From NCBI GenBank assembly GCA_002269645.1, contig NIVC01000795.1, positions 62,001 to 126,000 of the forward strand: DNA of 64,000 bases, given 5' to 3'. The translations under genes and the position numbers were made by a program. The notes under the pieces are model-generated. The model did no database searches, was not told where the DNA came from, and saw only the letters and a program-made list of their open reading frames with translations. Source of the DNA: Macrostomum lignano (Eukaryota). Each line of letters opens with the position of its first letter. Within the stretch, counting starts at the first letter, position 1. This document shows, one piece after another, positions 34,093 through 49,092 of this stretch.

Positions 34093-35570
34093 TTAATCCT
34101 CGTCAGCGTCCTCGCCACCCTTGGTGCCCTCGCGGGCGTTCTTCCTCTTGACTCGGCCGGGCCGGCCGCCGCCCAGCGGGCTCTTCAACGAGAAGTCAAT
34201 GTGCTTCTGGCTGTCCAGGCGCACCATGAAGGACGGCACGTTCACCATCTGGCGGCGCACGCGGATGTGGCGCTGGCGGATCAGCACGCGGGCGTGGTGG
34301 ATGCTCTTGGCCAGGCCGAGCTTCAGCACCTGCGCCGGGGCGGAGAATGGGAAAAGGGAGGGGTAGCTGGATTGTTGGCTGCGGGTGCGGTACTGCTGTG
34401 GGCTCGCGGCCCCACAAGTTCACTTGCAGACACGATAGTGACCCTCAGATCCACTTTCAGACTCGGTAGTGACCCTCAGATCCACTTTCAGACTCGGTAG
34501 TGACCCTCAGATCCACTTTCAGACTCGGTAGTGACCCTCAGATCCACTTGCAGACTAGGTAGTGACCCTCAGATCCACTTGCAGACACAATAGTGACCCT
34601 CAGATCCACTTTCAGACTCGGTGGTGCCCCACAGATTCCCTCGCAGACACAGCAGTGCCCCACAAGTTCCCTCGCAGACACAGCAGTTCCCCACAGATTC
34701 CCTTGCAGACACAGCAGTGCCCCACAAGTTCCCTCGCAGAGACAGCAGTGCCCCACAGATTCCCTCGCAGACACAGCAGTGCCCCACAGATTCCCTCGCA
34801 GACACAGCAGTTCCCCACAGATTCCCTCGCAGACACAGCAGTGCCCCACAGATTCCCTCGCAGACTCAGCAGTGCCCCACAGATTCCCTCGCAGACACAG
34901 CAGTGCCCCACAGATTCCCTCGCAGACTCAGCAGTGCCCCACAGATTCCCTCGCAGACACAGCAGTGCCCCAAAGATTCCATCGCAGACACAGCAGTGCC
35001 CCACAGATTCCCTCGCAGACACAGCAGTGCCCCAAAGATTCCATCGCAGACACAGCAGTGCCCCACAGATTCCCTCGCAGACACAGCAGTGCCCCACAGA
35101 TTCCCTCGCAGACACGGTATGATCCTTAGGCAGTGACTCAACAGTTTTCCGTCACACCCACTCTTAGACGGGGTGAATCAGAGCTCATATGTGAATCGAG
35201 CCATACAGACCCATGACAAGGCGGCAATACTCACCTGGGTCTGCAGCCGGCGCTCAAGAAAGTCCTCAATCTTGAGGCCCAGCACGTAATCCAGCTTCAT
35301 CTTGTCCTCCTGCAGCACGCCGATTCGAACTAAGCGACGCAACAGCGCGTTGCCCTCGAACAGGCGCCTGGGATCTTTTTCCTCAAGCGTGAGCAGCTCT
35401 CGGGCGGCCTTGCGGATCTTGGCCAGGGTGTACTTGACGCGCCACACCTCGCGCTTGTTCTTCAGGCCGTACATACCGATGAGCTTCAGCTCGGCGTCCA
35501 GGCGCTCCTTCTCGAAGGGCCGGCGAGGCGTCGAGTAGGTTTTGGAGTAGATTCGGGGCACGCGACTCAT
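34093..35570 (-). CDS. RPS9: 40S ribosomal protein S9 (uS4); exons 35570..35235 and 34329..34093
   Basis: [37 protein letters not shown]...LERRLQTQ|[24 protein letters not shown]...PGRVKRKN; phase-0 GT-AG intron. Confidence 0.98.
34436..35115. repeat. Bipartite 31-bp minisatellite in the RPS9 intron
   Basis: About 6 copies of GTGACCCTCAGATCCACTTTCAGACTCGGTA, then about 16 copies of GTGCCCCACAGATTCCCTCGCAGACACAGCA. Confidence 0.93.
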
Positions 35571-35717
35571 GGCTGCTGAGGGAGCGGCAGTTGGCAAGAG
35601 ATGGCCAAGTTAATCAGATTGAATGTCGCAGCGGCAATGAGTGTCATTTGAGAAATGCTCTCGCTAATATAAGCTAGACATGTCTCAATGTCATCTCAAA
35701 TGCGCTAATGCCATCTA

Positions 35718-35792
35718 GCAATGGGCTAATGTCATATAGCAATGGGCTAATGCTATATAGCAATGGGCTAATGCTATATAGCAATGGGCTAA
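35718..35792. repeat. Short 21-bp tandem repeat (TAGCAATGGGCTAATGCTATA), 3-4 copies, upstream of RPS9
   Basis: Read directly. Confidence 0.8.
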
Positions 35793-36646
35793 ATATCCCA
35801 GATCCTAGATCTTAAGGCACTACTAGATATCTAAATTCTACCTGTATCCATACTGTACATATCAGACACGTTAAATCTACTTAAAGTAGACTATGGACTA
35901 AAAGTGGTTAGAATTGAAATGAAAAAGTCAAAGAAAAGATCACAAGACAACGCAAAAATCCCTTCAAAAAATGCTCAATAATTGACAATAGCTCAGAAAT
36001 ACGCAACAGTATAATTGGTAAAAATTATGAGACTGTCAATTTGTCACTCGAATGCCAACGCATACAGGATCGCACAAGGTGCACTTGAGCACAAGGAATG
36101 GACTCAGTCAATAAAGAAAACTTCAAGACAGCATTGTCTATGCATTGCTTAAAGCCATCTGCCAAGGCACAAGTTTAGATAAGCGGTAAAGTAATACACA
36201 ACAATTGCATCAAAGTCCCAAAAGAGCCAGTTGGAAAAGGAACAACAGTGAGTACAGGGTCGATCTAAATATTGCAAAAGCTTGGTCAGGTGCTACTCTG
36301 ACATAACTATTGCGTATATAGTATAACATCTGCATTTAATTAAAGTGAAATGGAAAAAAAGTACTCTTTGAACTCTTACACTGATTGAAACAGTAGCGAG
36401 GACAATAAAATGACAATAAAAATGGATAAGCAAACACACGATTCAGGAAGAACTATGCATGGGAGACAGATCCCACAGACCGCAACGAAAGAAAGACTGC
36501 TATGTTATGAAATCTGGACAGTTTATAGACTTATAAATACAATAATAGTTGAAAATATGACTCGTGAAAACAAGAATTATATTACAGAACGAGAATTAAT
36601 CAGAATCAAATATTTGAGTTAAAAAACTTCATCAAAACTATCTGAC

Positions 36647-36871
36647 TCATCGCAGGAATATGACATACACTGCCATGAGCAGGCAGCTGACTGACACGGG
36701 AACATGCAGTCTGATGCCAATCACGGCCGCCTTGTACAGCACGCCCCAGATGCCCGACTTGTCGGTGAAGCACCAGTCCTTCAGCTTTGGGACTCGCTTC
36801 ATGTAGGCGCAGGTGCAGATAAACAACAGCATTGCCACCAGCACGCCATCAAAGCTATAGATGTTTGTCAT
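36647..36871 (-). CDS. TMEM167B: Protein kish-B, 74 aa, intronless CDS
   Basis: [51 protein letters not shown] matches kish-B (MTNVYSLDG...) rather than kish-A. Confidence 0.93.
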   Translation of the reverse strand: MTNIYSFDGVLVAMLLFICTCAYMKRVPKLKDWCFTDKSGIWGVLYKAAVIGIRLHVPVSVSCLLMAVYVIFLR

Positions 36872-39524
36872 TGCAAAGCACTCCTTATCATGAACAATGT
36901 TGGCAATGAATTGGATCTGTGTGCGTCATGTAGCATCATACATAAATCTATTTTTTCTAAAGCAAAAAATTATAATGCTGAATTAAAAACCAGAATGCCA
37001 GCTGGTATCAGTTGAAAAAAAAATCAAAATAAAATCAATAAAAACATCCTTCTGGGGACCTGTGTGGATGACATCCTATCAAGATAGAGACCTGTGTTTT
37101 ATATTTTTACAGTTGCTGCTCCCACACTATAATTTTTTGCTATCCTATACTGTCGCCTTGATGAATCAATTGATAAAAGGGAGATGAAAAATGTAAAAAA
37201 TAGGTAAAAGTGAAAATTATTTATGTTTGACTTCTGTTATTCATTTTGTTGATTCATTTATTTTTTAGGTTTTACTTTTTTGGCATGCCAAGACAGTTAA
37301 GCATGTGGATAAGTATGCTGCTTGAATGGGCTTTTGACTACAAAACAGATTGATTCAATTTTTTAGCCCATGGCTACCAGAAGAAATGACAATACTAGTA
37401 CAAGCAAACCCCAAGCTCAAGTTATAGAAGCTAAACTATGTCATTCTTCCTTAGCTATCAAAAAGCACAAATTATTTGCAAAGTTTGACAATGCTTGTTA
37501 CCTTATAGCCAAATTGCAATGAATTTTTGCTGCATATGAAACATTGCATTATAACTTTTGTAATTCTTGCAATGGATTCTTTAGCTTAAGATTTGATGAG
37601 TCAAACAATCATTTTCAAATTATTATTAAGGTGCAAAGATTTTTGTTATAATTTTCTTCATTTTAATCAAATGACAAGCAGCTTTATTCTATTCTTTGAA
37701 ATACTTTTTAGATGACAAATGAAGAGGCAACCTTTGTATAAGGCTTGAGGCTTGACTTGGTATAATTCTACCCCCTAACCTTTGTTCTAGTTCTAGCCAT
37801 ATTTTTTAAGGAAATAACATTTTGTCAGATTTCAAAAAAGTCATAAAACTATAAAATAATTATCTGTTCAATGACATATGTTATATTAAATTTCAATTTT
37901 GTAGTCAGTCTATATAGATCATTTTTTCTACTTTTTTGGGATACCCATCAGATTAAATTTTATAGTTATTTAGAAAGTTTTTTAAAAGAAAGATTTTTTT
38001 ATTTCCATATATTCTTCAATAATTTTCCTTAGAAAAATATAATTTATCTTGTACTAACATTAACAAATATAAATTTGGCTATCAACTTTTATGTTTACTT
38101 TTTCATTAATTATTCTGCTATGCTATATACATTTTAAATGTTTATTGTGAAAGATTAAATTAACAGATTAAGTCATATAGAATTTTTTTAATTAGGCCTA
38201 ATTATATATAAAAATATTTTATGAAAATAGTATGATGAATGCAAGCAATGGTCCTAGGAAATATGCATTTGTGTTCTTCATGTTCAAGAGACCTAGAAGT
38301 GCAGATTTTGCTATAAGAAGTAGCAGCAATGAATTTGCTTGAATTTTCAGTTGCAAATTGAGAAATTTTACTTTTTTAAGCAACATAAAAATTTAACAAA
38401 ATTGTCAAATTTTGTGAAATAAATTTTGTATTAGCTTCTGTATTATCTTTAATATTGTGAGCAAGTAATAGCTGGCAATGCCTGTTTACTTTAATTTATT
38501 AAATCTAGTCTGATTATAGTTCTTATAAAAAACTTTTTTGGAAGGGGAAAGATGAAAAATAGATGAAATAATTCATAGAAAAGTAAATGGTATAGTTGAT
38601 AGAAAAATTAATAAAGATATATAAAGATATATATATATCCAAAGCCATGACCCTCAAATTTTGGTAATGCCTAGGATTGGAAAAGATATACATGCATATA
38701 CCAAGCATAGGCCTACTTTTAGTTTTAGTTCTAATCTAAGTCTTGCTAGAAAGATTTGCTAGCAAGAAACCTTTGATAAGATTTGGGAGTAGGACCAGTA
38801 AAGAATAAGGAATATCTTAGATATATACTTAGACTAATATTAATACTTACAAGTTAGAATTAGATCTATACCCAGATTAATACTTAGATAAATGCTAAGA
38901 ATTATGCTTAGAGGTTAATTATAGGCCTAGCAATTACAATTTTGGTGATAGCTATATGAGATTTAATGAGAAAGTTTAGACCTATTAAAACTTGGTAGAT
39001 TAATGATCCACTAGATTAGTTCAGTTCTTTATCCAGAAGATTAGTTCAAAAATAGAAACATTTTGGAAGAGTGGAAGCTAACCTCTAACAACTTTGGACT
39101 TAGTGGCATAATTGAGATTTTTGTAAGATAGTACTAAGTAAGACCCATAGTTTGGAAGGCGACATGTACGCCGGGATTTCCTGGCATACAGCAAGGGTCT
39201 CACAACTATAACAAGATAATAAGATTACAAGAACCAGAACCAGAACTATCAAGATTTTGACTTCAGATTTCGAGTCCTCAGATGACGATTCAGTTTTAAA
39301 AAGATAAAAGCCTGAGTCAATGTAAAACAAAGTAAATTAAATGCACAGCTTATTTATCGGTGAGAAACGCATCAAAAAATTATTTGCGACTGTTAGTTTT
39401 TAAGCTTTGTAACCACTACTATCCTTTACAGCTAAAAGGTTGTAGATAGAAATTCCGGGTGCAAACTTAAAAAAAAATTATCCCGATATAATTCTGATAG
39501 TTCAACAGAAAATTTGTACTCCTA

Positions 39525-39783
39525 GGGCCTTTTCATATTGCTTGCTCTGGTTCCAGAACCAGAACCAATTTGTGAAGTATAACTTTTTGTCTCCATAACT
39601 AGAGGGAGATACGTGCTATAAAGTTTTTATTATTGAATGACAATCGCCAAGAAAAAAGTGAAAATTGTGCTAAGTTAGGTTGTTAAGGCAGTCAAATATT
39701 AACAGAGTTTAATAGTTATACTGCTGTTTTTCTTGGAATTCCGAACCGATTCTGGTTCTGGAATTTGTAATATGAAAAGGCCC
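39525..39783. mobile_element. PIF/Harbinger-like MITE (259 bp)
   Basis: Perfect 15-bp TIRs GGGCCTTTTCATATT / AATATGAAAAGGCCC, with the same 3-bp flank CTA on both sides and inner inverted TTCCAGAACC / GGTTCTGGAA motifs. Confidence 0.72.
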
Positions 39784-40953
39784 CTAGTTTAGAAAATGCA
39801 AGATAATTTAGTATGCGCTTTTTCTGTTTCCATCGCAACTAAGTCGGTAAATTTTCCCTATTTTAGACTTTCTGCACTTTACCTCACCACAAGTTCTAAA
39901 TCTTTTAGAGTAGGATGATTTTCTTGTCTGGAATTTCTCTACCCATTGTTTTGTAAATAAATAATTACTTATTTATAGGGCAGGATTTATAGGAAATTAT
40001 TTATATGACATAAGTAATTATTTTAATTCAATTTATTGATCTGAGAAGCATCTATAAATGCTATTGTTAAATAAGGCCATTTTTCCAGGCGTGTATTTAT
40101 AATTCCTAATCGAGAGTATCTCAAAATACATAAAAGCACATGTGACACGACTAAATTATTGTTTCAAGTATCAGGAAAAAACAAGGTACCGACTTACGAG
40201 TATCCATGCACTACTAACTACGTCAATAAGCTCGTTATTTCAGAAAGTTGATGGAACATGCATACATGTATGAAACTCAAGTTGAGGATATAATTTTTGT
40301 CTTTTGTGAGTCTTAATTTATATGCTTAACTGCATCTTGCTTTCTGTTATGGAGCTTACATTCATTAATAGTATCCTTATCATTAATAATACAAAATATG
40401 AGTACAAGAAATTAAGGACCAAACATGAATTGCACCAAAACGTATACGTGCTTGCGGCCGTGCGATGAATGAAATTATTGGCAGAAAGACCATAACGCCG
40501 GTAAGAAGAAAAGCACTATGTTTATGCCCGTATTCATAAATGCAATTTAAAACTAAATGCATGTATGCATGTTGATCGGGTGCACTGAGATACGCTGCCA
40601 GCACATTCTGCGCTATAAAGCAGAACAACAGACTAAACTGCCCAATACGAATTTAACGGAGCGCCACTTGTATGTAATTTGCGACCCGTACAATCAAATG
40701 CGCATATATTTACCAAATCTAGGCTAAAGATGGTGCATAGCGGGCGCGGCTTTATATAGCCAGAGCGTCGGATGCAATACAGGTTTCACCTGTTATGGCT
40801 CATTTGCGGCTGCAGCTCGCCCGTTCAAGCACAGTTTTAATCTGCACAGAAGTTTGTATATTAATAGTATTTATTAAGCTGGCTTTTCAAGCCCTTTGAA
40901 CCATAAGCGTCTGATTTGGTAGTCAAGAGAGCTGACTGAACCAGCAGACAGCC

Positions 40954-40968
40954 ATGCCGCCACCGCCT

Positions 40969-41024
<56 letters not shown>

Positions 41025-42760
41025 TCCGCCGCCATCGGGTGCTCCGCCTCCATCGTCAACAGCAGGTCGAGGAGCCCTCCTAGGCGACATCAGGAAAGGT
41101 GCCCGGTTGCGCAAAGTGCCGGAAAGCGAGAGAAACGACCGGAGCGACGCCCTGCCTGGAGGCGCTGGGAATGGCAAGGGCACAGGAAGGCCTGTCGCTG
41201 CTGGTAAGCCAACTCGCGATGCTTTCGTAGCATAACTGAAGAATGATCAGAGTAGACGAAGGGTTGGTCAGGTAACCAAGGGTTGGTTGGTCAAATAACG
41301 ACTGTACTGAAGGGCCCAAAGCGATTGTCAAGGTACATGTGTAAAACTAAATTAAATCTTCAGCAAACAACCGAAGATCGACGCACGTCTCTGACGACGG
41401 AAGCAGCGGGGGCGGCGGATCAGGAGGCGGCGGGTTTCAGGCGGAGCTGATGGCGCAGATCAAGCGGGCCAGATCTCCCACAGCCTCCAGCGCTGCAGCC
41501 AGAGCCCCTGAGCAGGGGGCGCAGCGCTCTGCTGCTGCTTCGTCGTCGCTGGCGCCACCGTCCTCAGGATCGAATCTGCGGCACAGCCGCTCCAACGAGG
41601 GCTTCCGAGCTTCGCCCAGCCGCTTGAGCCCGGAGCCGCCGCCTGCAGAAGGCCGCATCAGAGCTACAAACTATTTGCAGAGTCCGACACCTCCGGTACC
41701 CACGGGTCGAAGGTTTGCGCAAAACCCGCCACCTCCAATACCCTCAGTGGGTCGCAAGCCTTCTCGGGCGGGTCCGGCGACACAGCCGCCACCAGTGCCA
41801 TCGGCTGGGCTTAAGCCTCAGTTAGGAGGTCAGGCGACACAGCCGCCACCAGTGCCATCGGCTGGGCTTAAGCCTCAGTTAGGAGGTCAGGCGACACAGC
41901 CGCCACCAGTGCCATCGACTGGGCTTCAGCCTCAGTTAGGAGGTCAGGCGACACAGCCGCCACCAGTGCCATCGGCTGGGCTTAAGCCTCAGTTAGGAGG
42001 TCAGGCGACAAAGCCGCCACCAGTGCCATCGGCTGGGCTTAAGCCTCAGTTAGGAGGTCAGGCGACACAGCCGCCACCAGTGCCATCGACTGGGCTTCAG
42101 CCTCAGTTAGGAGGTCAGGCGACACAGCCGCCACCAGTGCCATCGGCTGGGCTTAAGCCTCAGTTAGGAGGTCAGGCGACACAGCCGCCACCAGTGCCAT
42201 CGGCTGGGCTTAAGCCTCAGTTAGGAGGTCAGGCGACACAGCCGGCACCAGTGCCATCGGCTGGGCTTAAGCCTCAGTTAGGAGGTCAGGCGACACAGCC
42301 GGCACCAGTGCCATCGGCTGGGCTTAAGCCTCAGTTAGGAGGTCAGGCGACACAGCCGCCACCAGTGCCATCGGCTGGGCTTAAGCCTCAGTTAGGAGGT
42401 CAGGCGACACAGCCGCCACCAGTGCCTTCGCCGAGTCTTAAGCCGCGCCCCAAGTTCCAGTCCGGTCAACCGACAGTTGATCGGTCGGAAGCGCCGATCC
42501 GCGGTTGCCAGCAGCTGCAGTCGCCACCGAAATTGCCGCCGAAGTCGCCCACGGCTGAGCCGCTGCAGACAGACGGTGCTTCAAGAGGCCGACCACCGCC
42601 GCCGCCACTACCGTCGAAGTCGCCGCAGGGCGATGTTCAGCTGCCGCAGGGGCGGGACGGCAGCGCCAGAAGCTGGGGGGAGAAGTACCAGTTCAAGCCA
42701 GCGGTCATGTTCCCTCGGGTGCAGACTTTCACGGACTGCCCGAAGGTCAAGCGGCTGTGA
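40954..42760 (+). CDS. WASP-interacting protein (WIP/verprolin family); exons 40954..41203 and 41364..42760
   Basis: N-terminal polyproline; WH2 RGALLGDIRKGARLRKV..NDRS; second WH2-like FQAELMAQIKR; proline-rich middle; C-terminal WBD-like SWGEKYQFKPAVMFP; phase-1 intron G|GTAAGC..cttcag. Confidence 0.88.
41777..42430 (+). repeat. Coding 57-bp tandem repeat (ATQPPPVPSAGLKPQLGGQ), 11 full copies + 1 partial
   Basis: In frame within WIP exon 2; period 57 (41777 to 42404 = 11 x 57). Confidence 0.95.
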
Positions 42761-44994
42761 ATTGACCACGGCGAGCGGCAGTCTGCCCTGATACGAGTTC
42801 TACCAGCCCGGAACAGCGGGTGCGAACTTCATGTATTTGCCGAAGAGACTTGAATGATGCTCTCCGTAGGCTCCATAAGATTGACGTTGAACTTGAATTG
42901 ACCTTGATATTGACCTTTCTAAACTCAATGAAGCAAAAGAAACGTTCTTAAAGCTTCCAAGCACTTCTTATTGGTGCCTTGATACACAGGCTCGTGTGTG
43001 TTACGTCGTAACTCATTTGATTTGATATTTTGGCAACTTTTCAGCTCGGCATGCAGTCTGATTGTCCATCAATATTAACTGATTATTTATTGTCTTTAGC
43101 GTTAAAATTTAACTTCAGAAAAATAATTTTTTTTCTTGTGAAATTGCGAAATGCCCAATATTGCTGTTTCCCCCTAATGGTAATATTTTTGCTGCTGGCA
43201 ACTTGACAAGCAAAAATATAATCATACCAATTAACCGTTTCTCATCGTTTTGCTGCAAAGGCTCATGAGGCGGACTTTTTCATCAAGCGGTCAGTTGTCT
43301 AAGACCTGAGGGTTTCAAGATCCCGGTAGCTCATCCCTTGGATCCCCACACGTCCCGACATCCATGTAAGGGTGATTCTGTTGAGGGACCCCAAGTTGTT
43401 AATGAGCAGCAGAGATGGCCAATGACATTTCTTATTAAACGGGACCAGAAGATCTCTGAGATCTCTGATAGCTATATGCATATCCTCTTGGAATTTTACT
43501 TGAGGCAGTGAGGCAGTAGAATATGCACTCGTTTCTTTCTCTCTTTCTTTTGAGCCCTTCGTTGCACACGAGCGTCGCCCTGTTGTACTGAGTCTCGCGG
43601 TGTAAGTAAACAACCTTATTTTAGAGATCTTTTGGCTGACCCTCGCACCTCTAAACGCGAATTGAAAAAATGCAGATGTGCAAAGATGAGTCACTAAAAT
43701 GCATGCCATTTACCATTTAGCTTCGTCTGTCTCACGGAACACTAAAAAAATTCTTCGCTGGGCGGTCGCAACAATGCCAACCCACCATCACAGGCTGTTT
43801 TTGCGACAATAAAACTATAATTTAACTATCAGTCACTTTGTGTCTACTAGTGGCTTATAATGTCCTGAGAAACCATGACAAGAACACGAGCATTCTCTTC
43901 TAGCTTTACTTAAGTGACAAGTCACGTTAAAAGATAAAAAATTGTGTAGCAAAGGCAACAACCTAACCGTTGAAGACTTGACAAATTAGCCATGGACAGA
44001 ATCCTACGCCTATTCTGATCACCTGCCGTTTGTTTGTTGTGGTGAGTTGAGGCGCTGTGTTGTCGCGCTGGGAGATCCGGTGGTGCTGGTGTCCGCAGCG
44101 CCACCCCCTCCGGAGAGTACATGAAGTGGATGGTCGCTCCCCACCGGTAGCCCTCAGGTGGCAGAAATTTTCGGACCTGAAAACCCAAAAGGTTTGGGTT
44201 TGGGCCGAGGTAGGTGAGCCTGTCTTGAGTAAAGGCGGGAATTTACAGATAAAGTTGCTACGCATTCTCAACAAAGGGCCATGGCTACCGCCTTGATGTC
44301 TCTGCGGTGAAGACCAGGGCCCTGGGGAGGGCGGAAGAGAGACAGGGGACGACATTGCAGTCGGGGGCGATAGCTCACCTCTCCCTGCCAAAATGTCACC
44401 CACATCTAAACATGCTGTCACCTGACATTTCCGAACTACTGGCAGGTCCCAAGCGGATTACGGATGTGGCGATGGGCTCACCAATCAGGTTTACAACAGC
44501 GACAACGAATGCTGCGGCTCGGTTGTTGCTGCCAGCCACGACCCGTAGGTTGAGACCAGTGGGAAACTTCTAATGCTATACTCGCATAACAAGTCCTGCA
44601 CCTTTTCTAACAAATTTCAAACTGAACTTTTAAAACTGTTCAGGTCGAGGAAGAAGCTGGATTCTATAGATACTCTGCAGCGCAGCTCTGCCCCCATGTA
44701 AGTGCCGCTACAGATACTGAAATAACTGGATGGGCCACGCAGGCGTGTAAAACAGCTTTCTACTTCCAGTTCAGTAGTAAGTAAAAATACATAAGCTATT
44801 TTATAAAAAAACAAGCTACTGAAACCCGTGGATTTTGAACCTGCTGAATTCCAATCCCCACAACTATTTTTGCTTGCATTCTTAAATCTGAAGTCATGCT
44901 GAAACTAAAGCTTGTTAATACGAGTAGATAAGATAGGGGTAGACAAAAATTGGAGTAGATGCGTGTTAAATTAAGATTTGAGGGCCTTTGAAAC

Positions 44995-45205
44995 TTCACT
45001 CCTCTCCTCACTCTTCTCATCCGTCTCCTTTTCTCACATCTCTCTTCTCTCTTTTCTCCTCTCTTCTCTCTCATCTCTTCTCATTCCTCTCTTCTCTCTT
45101 TCTCTCTCATCTACTCTCTCTCCTCTCTCTCTCACCTCTCCTCTCTTTTCTTGTCTCTGCTCTTTCCTCTCTCCTCTCTTCTCTTTCCTCTCTCCTCTCT
45201 TTTCT
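44995..45205. repeat. CT-rich low-complexity tract
   Basis: Read directly. Confidence 0.85.
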
Positions 45206-45732
45206 GATCTCATATGCCATTTTATCTAATAACAATTGGGGCGGGTGTAAGAGGTTTTGTGTGGAAAGACGCAAGTTAGAGGGTTAGAGGCTATGGGGAG
45301 GAGCTAATAAATGAGCCGTGTCTTTAAAATACATCAAAATGCTTCAGTTTAACTTACTACTCAACTGACAGTAGCTTACACACAAATGTGCTGAGTGGCC
45401 CATCTGGTTATTCTACGAGTAGGCATCTGTGGTCTACCGCGATCCAGTCGCTGTTGCGTTGGCTGCAGAATCTTTTAACTGTTATGAATAAAAACCGCTG
45501 CATCTACTACAAGTAAGCTCTAATCGTAACTTATAAAATTTTTCCCAGTTACTTGTATTTGCCTATCACAGCGTTTATCCAACCGCTAGACACTAGGGGG
45601 AGACTTTCCAATCCCAGCTTCCCCGATGAAGCAATTTTATTTAATAATTCAGCAGCTATGGCCTCCAAGGGGCCCAACCTGAGTGGATAAAACCGTCATA
45701 AAATTCTACCAACAGCGCTGAGAACCGTCCCA

Positions 45733-47960
<2,228 letters not shown>

Positions 47961-48044
47961 GTCCTGCACTGCTCACTGATAATTCTGCTTGTCTTATTAA
48001 TAAGATGCTCAGCTTATAAGCTGCTGGCGTGGGAGAGTGACACA

Positions 48045-49092
48045 ATCAGAGTGCCAGTGAGAGTGACACGGTCAGAGTGCCAGTGAGAGTGACACAGTCA
48101 GAGTGCCAGTGAGAGTGACACGGTCAGAGTGCCAGTGAGAGTGACACGGTCAGAGTGCCAGTGAGAGTGACACGGTCAGAGTGACACTGCTAGAGTGACA
48201 CAGTTAGAGTGCCAGTGAGAGTGACACAGTCAGAGTGCCAGTGAGAGTGACACGGTCAGAGTGCCAGTGAGAGTGACACGGTCAGAGTGACACTGCTAGA
48301 GTGACACAGTTAGAGTGCCAGTGAGAGTGACACGGTCAGAGTGACACTGCTAGAGTGACACAGTTAGAGTGCCAGTGAGAGTGACACAGTCAGAGTGCCA
48401 GTGAGAGTGACACGGTCAGAGTGCCAGTGAGAGTGACACGGTCAGAGTGACACTTCAAGAGTGACACGGTCAGAGTGCCAGTGAGAGTGACACAATCAGA
48501 GTGCCAGTGAGAGTGACACAGTCAGAGTGCCAGTGAGAGTGACACGGTCAGAGTGCCAGTGAGAGTGACACAGTCATATTGCCAGTGAGAGTGACACAGT
48601 CAGAGTGCCAGTGAGAGTGACACAGTCAGAGTGCCAGTGAGAGTGACACAGTCATATTGCCAGTGAGAGTGACACAGTCAGAGTGCCAGTGAGAGTGACA
48701 CAGTCAGAGTGCCAGTGAGAGTGACACAGTCAGAGTTCCAGTGAGAGTGACACAGTCAGAGTTCCAGTGAGAGTGACAAGGTCAGAGTGACACTGCAAGA
48801 GTGACACAGTCAGAGTGCCAGTGAGAGTGACACAGTCAGAGTGCCAGTGAGAGTGACACAGTCAGAGTGCCAGTGAGAGTGACACAGTCAGAGTGCCAGT
48901 GAGAGTGACACAGTCAGATTGCCAGTGAGAGTGACACAGTCAGAGTGCCAGTGATAGTGACACAGTCAGAGTGCCAGTGCGAGAGTGACACGGTCAGAGT
49001 GCCAGTGCGAGAGTGACACGGTCAGAGTGCCAGTGCGAGAGTGACACGGTCAGAGTGACAGTGAGAGAGTGACACGGTCAGAGTGACAGTGA
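48045..49092. repeat. About 26-bp minisatellite (AGAGTGCCAGTGAGAGTGACACAGTC), about 40 copies
   Basis: Read directly; built from two related AGAGTG-starting half-units; starts about 85 bp after the RING stop. Confidence 0.95.

Noticed and set aside
34538-35141. Multiple ORFs in the RPS9 intron
   Set aside because: Products of the 31-bp repeat.
43299-44573. Several 65-150 aa ORFs that might be a retroelement or gene remnant
   Set aside because: No recognisable motif, splice pattern or codon bias; left unassigned.
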